In this document: piece by piece, positions 15,390 to 20,000 of the stretch
How positions within the stretch are numbered: the stretch's first letter is position 1
How the letters are laid out: every line of letters starts with the position of its first letter
Source of the DNA: an uncultured virus (IMG/VR IMGVR_UViG_3300028886_000081)
Lineage: Duplodnaviria > Heunggongvirae > Uroviricota > Caudoviricetes
Strand: one strand, 5' to 3'
IMG/VR virus record: IMGVR_UViG_3300028886_000081
DNA: 20,000 nucleotides
Notes under the pieces: model-generated
Told to the model about the DNA's origin: nothing
What the model saw: only the letters and a program-made list of their open reading frames with translations
Databases searched by the model: none
Program-made: the position numbers and the translations under genes

Positions 15390-17126
15390 ATGAGAAGAAG
15401 ATTGTTACAGGAAACCAACACAGAATATATAAAAGCAGGGGCGTTGACATTCACGGCTAATAGTGCTTGTCAGGTTAAATTTACAGGTAAAACACCATCA
15501 GGTGGTACACTGAATAAACTGTTTTATTCCTTGGACGGTGGTACTACTGCACAGGAGTTACCTAATAACACATATATTTCGCTATCTACGGGTGATACAA
15601 TTATGTTCAGAGGGGAATGTATACCGAATAGTAGTTCAACTGTTTCAACTCAAGGTATAGGTACTTTTGCTGCTACAGGTGGTACATTTTCAGCATCTGG
15701 TAACGTGATGTCGCTGTTATTCGGAAACGATTTCTCTAATAAAACAAGTCTGTCTGGTAAGAATTATACTTTTTACAGACTTTTTTATATCTGTACAAAA
15801 TTGTCAAGTATAACTAACATATCTTTACCGGCTACTACAATAGCACAAAATTGTTATGATAGTATGTTCTATGGCTGTACGGGTTTAACAAGTATACCAA
15901 GTACATTATTACCTGCTACTACGTTATCATCTCATTGTTATCGAGAAATGTTCAGAGGTTGTACGGGTTTAACAAGCATACCGGAAAGTTTGTTGCAGGC
16001 TAGAAGTTTAACATCTTATTGTTATTACTATATGTTCGGAGGCTGTACACATATAACAAGTATACCTTCAGGTTTATTACCCGCCACTAAGTTATACAAT
16101 AATTGTTATTCAAATATGTTCAGTAGTTGTGGTTTAACGTCCATACCAAGTACATTACTCCAAGCCACTACATTAGCAAATCTTTGTTATTCAAGTATGT
16201 TCACTGGCTGTACAAGACTAACAGACATACCAAGTACATTACTCCCTGCAACTACGTTAGCAAGTGAGTGTTATTCAAGTATGTTCAATGGCTGTACCGG
16301 TTTAACAAGTATACCGGAAAAATTATTACCAGTTACTACGTTAGCACAAGGTTGTTATTCTGATATGTTCCATGGTTGTAGCGGTTTAACAAGCATACCA
16401 ACAGGTTTACTTCCGGCTACTACATTAGCTGATTATTGTTATCAATATATGTTCCAAGGTTGTACGGGTTTAACAAGCATACCAACAGGTTTATTACCCG
16501 CTACTACATTAGCAGATTATTGTTATTATGATATGTTCCGCAGTTGTACCGGTTTAACAAGTATACCTTCAGGTTTACTTCCGGCTACTACATTAGCAAG
16601 TACTTGTTATTCTGATATGTTCGCATATTGTACAAGTTTAACAAGTATACCAACAGGTTTATTACCAGCAACTTCGTTAGCAAGTGGTTGTTATCAATAT
16701 ATGTTCTTAGGTTGTACAGGTTTGACAAGTATACCAACAGGTTTACTTCCTGCTACCACATTAGCAAATTATTGTTATCGATATATGTTCCAAGGTTGTA
16801 CTGGTTTAACAACCATACCAACGGGTTTACTTCCTGCTACCATATTAGCAAATTATTGTTATCAGCAAATGTTCCATACTTGTACAAATATAACACGTGC
16901 ACCGGATTTACCTGCTACTACATTAGCAAATGGTTGTTATGGTAATATGTTCTATAGTTGTACAAATCTTAACTATATAAAATGTATGGCTAAAAATCCA
17001 AGTGGGTATACTACGGGTTGGGTTTATGGAGTTGCCTCATCAGGTACATTCGTCAAAAATTCATCAGCAACATGGTCGAGTGGACAAAGCGGAATACCTG
17101 ACGGTTGGACAGTACAGAATGCTTAA
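15390..17126 (+). CDS. BspA-like leucine-rich-repeat protein (LPATTLA..CY..MF..C repeats); putative adhesin or receptor-binding protein
   Basis: 578 aa; MRRRLL N-terminus, YSLDGG / SGNVMSLL cap, about 14 repeats, C-cap WVYGVASSGTFVK...SGIPDGWTV; no signal peptide seen. Confidence 0.85.
   Translation: MRRRLLQETNTEYIKAGALTFTANSACQVKFTGKTPSGGTLNKLFYSLDGGTTAQELPNNTYISLSTGDTIMFRGECIPNSSSTVSTQGIGTFAATGGTFSASGNVMSLLFGNDFSNKTSLSGKNYTFYRLFYICTKLSSITNISLPATTIAQNCYDSMFYGCTGLTSIPSTLLPATTLSSHCYREMFRGCTGLTSIPESLLQARSLTSYCYYYMFGGCTHITSIPSGLLPATKLYNNCYSNMFSSCGLTSIPSTLLQATTLANLCYSSMFTGCTRLTDIPSTLLPATTLASECYSSMFNGCTGLTSIPEKLLPVTTLAQGCYSDMFHGCSGLTSIPTGLLPATTLADYCYQYMFQGCTGLTSIPTGLLPATTLADYCYYDMFRSCTGLTSIPSGLLPATTLASTCYSDMFAYCTSLTSIPTGLLPATSLASGCYQYMFLGCTGLTSIPTGLLPATTLANYCYRYMFQGCTGLTTIPTGLLPATILANYCYQQMFHTCTNITRAPDLPATTLANGCYGNMFYSCTNLNYIKCMAKNPSGYTTGWVYGVASSGTFVKNSSATWSSGQSGIPDGWTVQNA
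15825..16985 (+). repeat. Coding tandem repeat, ~14 x 84 bp (28 aa)
   Basis: Consensus LPATTLAxxCYxxMFxxCTGLTSIPTGL; copy 4 is 27 aa and the last two copies are shortened. Confidence 0.95.
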
Positions 17127-17165
17127 GTCACGAACTTTTTCTTCTCAATATATATAATAATGATG

Positions 17166-17210
17166 AAAGGTGGTAAGATACATTTTATATCAAACCACCT
17201 TTTCTTTTTC
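17166..17210 (+). terminator. Probable (possibly bidirectional) terminator between convergent genes
   Basis: aaaggtggt...accaccttt 9-bp stem with an inner gata/tatc pairing, followed by tctttttc. Confidence 0.6.
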
Positions 17211-17469
17211 AGATAATTTTCTCAACTGTAATCCTTACTTTTTCATTAAGAAGATTGTTATTGAAAAACCCATGTGTTCTGCTTGGGTCAACTGAAGTTA
17301 TTGTAATATCAAGTATTTCCTCTGATTCTTCATTATCTTCTTCATTTACTATAAACCTCGCAATTTTTGCGTTGTTTTCATTATCTATTTGAAGCAAATC
17401 ATTTACATTTCCTTCCAACTGAATTATTGTGTTATCAGTTTTGAACAGTTTTTTAATATTATTAAGCAT
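17209..17469 (-). CDS. Hypothetical protein
   Basis: 86-aa ORF with an A-rich leader. Confidence 0.7.
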   Translation of the reverse strand: MLNNIKKLFKTDNTIIQLEGNVNDLLQIDNENNAKIARFIVNEEDNEESEEILDITITSVDPSRTHGFFNNNLLNEKVRITVEKII

Positions 17470-17496
17470 TTCAATTTATTTTTTTTTTATGGTTAA

Positions 17497-18354
17497 TTAA
17501 ACATCTGAACGAACACCTCTGACAGATTGACCGACATAACGGTAGCCGCTGCTAAAGCCCTTACCACTACTGTCCATATCGATGTAGCAACCGTGACGTA
17601 TATTCCAAGTGTAGAGGGACGAAGTCCAAAAGTAACACTTACTGCCTGCATAGTTAAACCAACCTAAATCACAGTAGCCGTGAGTAGGAAATATAATGTA
17701 ATTACCGTTAATTTTAGAAGTAAGTTTCATCACATCACAACCAATGTAGTTGTAGTCTTCTATCCATTCCCATGTGGTATTATCCATCAGTTCCTGATAC
17801 TCATCATAAGTAGGCATTCTCCAACCTTCACCCATATTCACGGTTGCTGCATCATCCTCAGGGTCTAACACGGTTTTACCGTCAGTCTCGTTGTATTTGG
17901 ATAATTCATCTGCTTTACCGAACTTGTAATCTTCCCACGTAAACTTCTTTTCGCCGGTGGTATCTTTATACCCCTTTGTTTCACCCCAGGCGAAGTACAG
18001 TCCGGAGTCACCTTCCTTGAATGTACCTACATCGGTTTTACACCACTTCAAGCCGGAAGGTAAACCTAAGTCCACATATTCATATGGAAGTTTCTTTTCC
18101 TTTTCTTCTTCTGATTCAACTTTACTACAAGCTTCATCAAAGTCCATACCGGACTCTGTGAGTTCTAAAACACGTAAACCCTTTTCAGTAATCTGATACC
18201 TTGTATCTGGATTTGTTAACTCATCGATTTTGTTTAATATATCCATCAGCATATTACCGTTACCTTTTGGGATGAATTCATCATCCTCTGTTTCCTTGCA
18301 TGTAAGGTGTAAGCCGCTTTTGAACATTTCGAGATTAATATTAGCGTAGCCCAT
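17497..18354 (-). CDS. 'YVDLGLPSG' Bacteroidota protein (Fib_succ_major/DUF1566-like C-type-lectin fold) with an acidic N-terminal extension
   Basis: YEYVDLGLPSGLKW, GLYFAWGET, DDAA..NMG.GWRMPT..E..EL, NGNYIIFP..G, YFWTSSL, RYVGQSVRGV. Confidence 0.85.
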   Translation of the reverse strand: MGYANINLEMFKSGLHLTCKETEDDEFIPKGNGNMLMDILNKIDELTNPDTRYQITEKGLRVLELTESGMDFDEACSKVESEEEKEKKLPYEYVDLGLPSGLKWCKTDVGTFKEGDSGLYFAWGETKGYKDTTGEKKFTWEDYKFGKADELSKYNETDGKTVLDPEDDAATVNMGEGWRMPTYDEYQELMDNTTWEWIEDYNYIGCDVMKLTSKINGNYIIFPTHGYCDLGWFNYAGSKCYFWTSSLYTWNIRHGCYIDMDSSGKGFSSGYRYVGQSVRGVRSDV

Positions 18355-18381
18355 TTTTCTCTTATTCTTTTTTGTTAAACA

Positions 18382-18774
18382 TTAATAATTTAATTCTTTT
18401 CCGCATTTGATGCATCTATAGAATGTATAATGTGAATCATGTCCGAGTTCTTCAAGTTCATGTTCGCAACTGTTCTGCTTGCCAGTTATACATTCCTGTA
18501 TGAAATCAGATTGTTCAGTTAATTTATCATTGAGTTCCTTAGCCTTTGCAAGTGCATCGTTGTAATCATCCGTATTTATCCTTATCCCTTCTGATATACA
18601 CAATTCATTAAGTTTAATCAGACTATTCAGATGATTTTCGGCATGTGAACATATTTTTTTGAATTCCTTAATAAATGAATCTATAGTATCACCATCATTT
18701 GAGTATTTTCGTCTGTAATACGGGGTTTTGTCTATAAATTCCTTTATTTCTTCAAGATTAAAGGTTGTTTTCAT
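18382..18774 (-). CDS. Hypothetical helical protein with a C-terminal Cys/His (Zn-ribbon-like) motif
   Basis: CEH...HDSH...RCIKCGKE; overlaps the radical SAM stop. Confidence 0.75.
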   Translation of the reverse strand: MKTTFNLEEIKEFIDKTPYYRRKYSNDGDTIDSFIKEFKKICSHAENHLNSLIKLNELCISEGIRINTDDYNDALAKAKELNDKLTEQSDFIQECITGKQNSCEHELEELGHDSHYTFYRCIKCGKELNY

Positions 18775-19999
18775 CTTTTATGACTTTTAGGTTATTATCC
18801 TTACGTATTTGTCTGAAGGCATTAATCGGTGTATAACAGTCTGTAATATTACCCTTACGTATCAGCGGATATGGCTTATCCAGCTCGTAAGAAGATTTAT
18901 AGGCATTACATTCCACGGCATCGATATACATACTGTATTCCCCTTCAAGTGCCGTCATTGTGTACTTAGTATCAAAATGACCCTTAAGCCACTTTTCATA
19001 GGTTTTTGCAAATGTTGTATCGATACTTAAACAGCACAGTCCATTGAACAGTTTCGTAAGTTCCTCATCAGTAAACTTAGGACATGTATGGTTTATACCT
19101 CTTCCGTTTGTTTTATAGCCCAGGAACAATATACTGTAAAGGTTGCATTTTTTCAGTTTTTCAATGATTTCCCTTGTTCTGTCAACACCGAGAAGTTCAG
19201 GTATAAGATGTACCGTAAGCTGTTTTCCGTATATTTTATTATCAGCAAATGCTTTGTAAAGTTTACCGGCGTTTTCAATATCCTCATCAGAAGTTACGGA
19301 TATACCTATTGCCGTTACATAACGCTTGAATGTTTCAAACAGTTTCTCATCGTTTATAAGCTGTTTACAGTCCTTTGCATTAATTGTCGTGTTTATGATG
19401 TGACCGTTTTCATGCATAAGGAAGAAAAGTTCCTCCAAATGGGGGTATAACAGGATGTTACCGCCTCCTACCGAGAATTCAATACGTTTTCTGTACCATC
19501 CGTATCTCTCATCACTTGAAAGCATTTTTATGATATTCTCAAGGTTTTTGAAGTCGGCTTCCTTTTCCTTCATCGATGAATTCATGAAACAGAAATCACA
19601 GTTCCACTGACATTTGTTCGTGATACGGAGGTCTACAAGTTCAGGATAGGACGGTATACATTCTTCATTCTTCGTTGTGAAGCGTATCTTACCGTCAAGT
19701 CCGTAACCGACCCAGTAATTACCGTTTTTAATGACAACACCGTTTTTAAATCCCCTGCTTCCGTAAAAATCACCCGGTGTAGGCAACTCATTATGACCTT
19801 CAATGGTATCATAAACGAAATCCATCTCATCCGAACCGCCGATTATGATTTTATCCTCATCCTCAATCAGGTCGCACAGATAGTCAATACTTGCTTCAAT
19901 AACGTCACTGTTACTGAATGACAGTTCTCCACGGCTATACATACCGAAAGATTCGTCATAAGTGTATATATTCTCTTTATCCTCTTTTATCAGTTTCTT
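18758..19999 (-). CDS. Radical SAM protein, 5'-truncated by the window edge
   Basis: PELVDLRITNK-CQWNCDFC (CxxxCxxC), EFSVGGGN (GGE-like motif), INTTIN, AIGISV. Frame stays open from 19999, so the listed ATG 19942 is probably internal. Confidence 0.9.
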   Translation of the reverse strand, partial: KKLIKEDKENIYTYDESFGMYSRGELSFSNSDVIEASIDYLCDLIEDEDKIIIGGSDEMDFVYDTIEGHNELPTPGDFYGSRGFKNGVVIKNGNYWVGYGLDGKIRFTTKNEECIPSYPELVDLRITNKCQWNCDFCFMNSSMKEKEADFKNLENIIKMLSSDERYGWYRKRIEFSVGGGNILLYPHLEELFFLMHENGHIINTTINAKDCKQLINDEKLFETFKRYVTAIGISVTSDEDIENAGKLYKAFADNKIYGKQLTVHLIPELLGVDRTREIIEKLKKCNLYSILFLGYKTNGRGINHTCPKFTDEELTKLFNGLCCLSIDTTFAKTYEKWLKGHFDTKYTMTALEGEYSMYIDAVECNAYKSSYELDKPYPLIRKGNITDCYTPINAFRQIRKDNNLKVIKDENNL

Positions 20000-20000
20000 G

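Noticed and set aside
15825..16985. 84-bp periodic repeats as a CRISPR array or ncRNA repeat
   Set aside because: The repeats are in frame, vary at synonymous positions and encode LRR units; there is no constant-repeat/unique-spacer structure.
15321..17140. 9-bp direct repeat gaacttttt (15321-15329 and 17132-17140) flanking the LRR gene as a target-site duplication
   Set aside because: Low-complexity and T-rich, with no terminal inverted repeats or transposase; compatible with chance.
9649..19830. Shadow ORFs in the right blocks (e.g. 9649-9831, 12285-12479, 13984-14187, 16628-16945, 17957-18196, 19088-19450)
   Set aside because: They are nested in or antisense to real genes; 16628-16945 is open only because of the LRR periodicity.
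18758..19999. Radical SAM as viperin, NrdG or QueE
   Set aside because: Only the generic CxxxCxxC and core strands are recognisable; no family-specific motifs, so no gene symbol was assigned.
1..20000. Stop-codon reassignment (TAG to Gln, as in Lak and some crAss-like phages)
   Set aside because: Coding density is high in code 11. TAG ends genes at 4924, 6141 and 11072 with the next start 0-2 nt away, and long genes are uninterrupted.

Overview
AT-rich, densely coding window that reads as part of a large lytic phage of a Bacteroidota (Prevotella/Bacteroides-like) host. This is inferred from TTTG-N19/20-TAnnTTTG host-type promoters and from protein families, not from a database match. Standard code 11 fits. 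There are four strand blocks. (1) 1-9115 (+): a tandem array of small, mosaic, partly paralogous hypothetical genes built from recurring modules, ending in a Zn-finger/TOPRIM DNA primase. (2) 9134-15230 (-): membrane proteins, a lipoprotein, and three proteins sharing an N-terminal 'E(S/K)x(L/I)xNxI(K/R)xx(V/I)xE/R' helix motif. Most have ATATTTAT 20-27 nt upstream, a candidate phage late promoter. The largest (893 aa) repeats the motif internally just before an ADP-ribosyltransferase-like domain, suggesting a head-packaged, protease-processed effector polyprotein. (3) 15390-17126 (+): a lone BspA-like LRR protein with about 14 28-aa repeats varying mainly at three di-residue positions, preceded by a 29-bp palindrome. 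(4) 17209-20000 (-): a 'VDLGLPSG' lectin-fold protein whose 3' end resembles a DGR variable region, a Cys/His protein and a 5'-truncated radical SAM gene. No rRNA, tRNA, CRISPR array, integrase or transposase was recognised.
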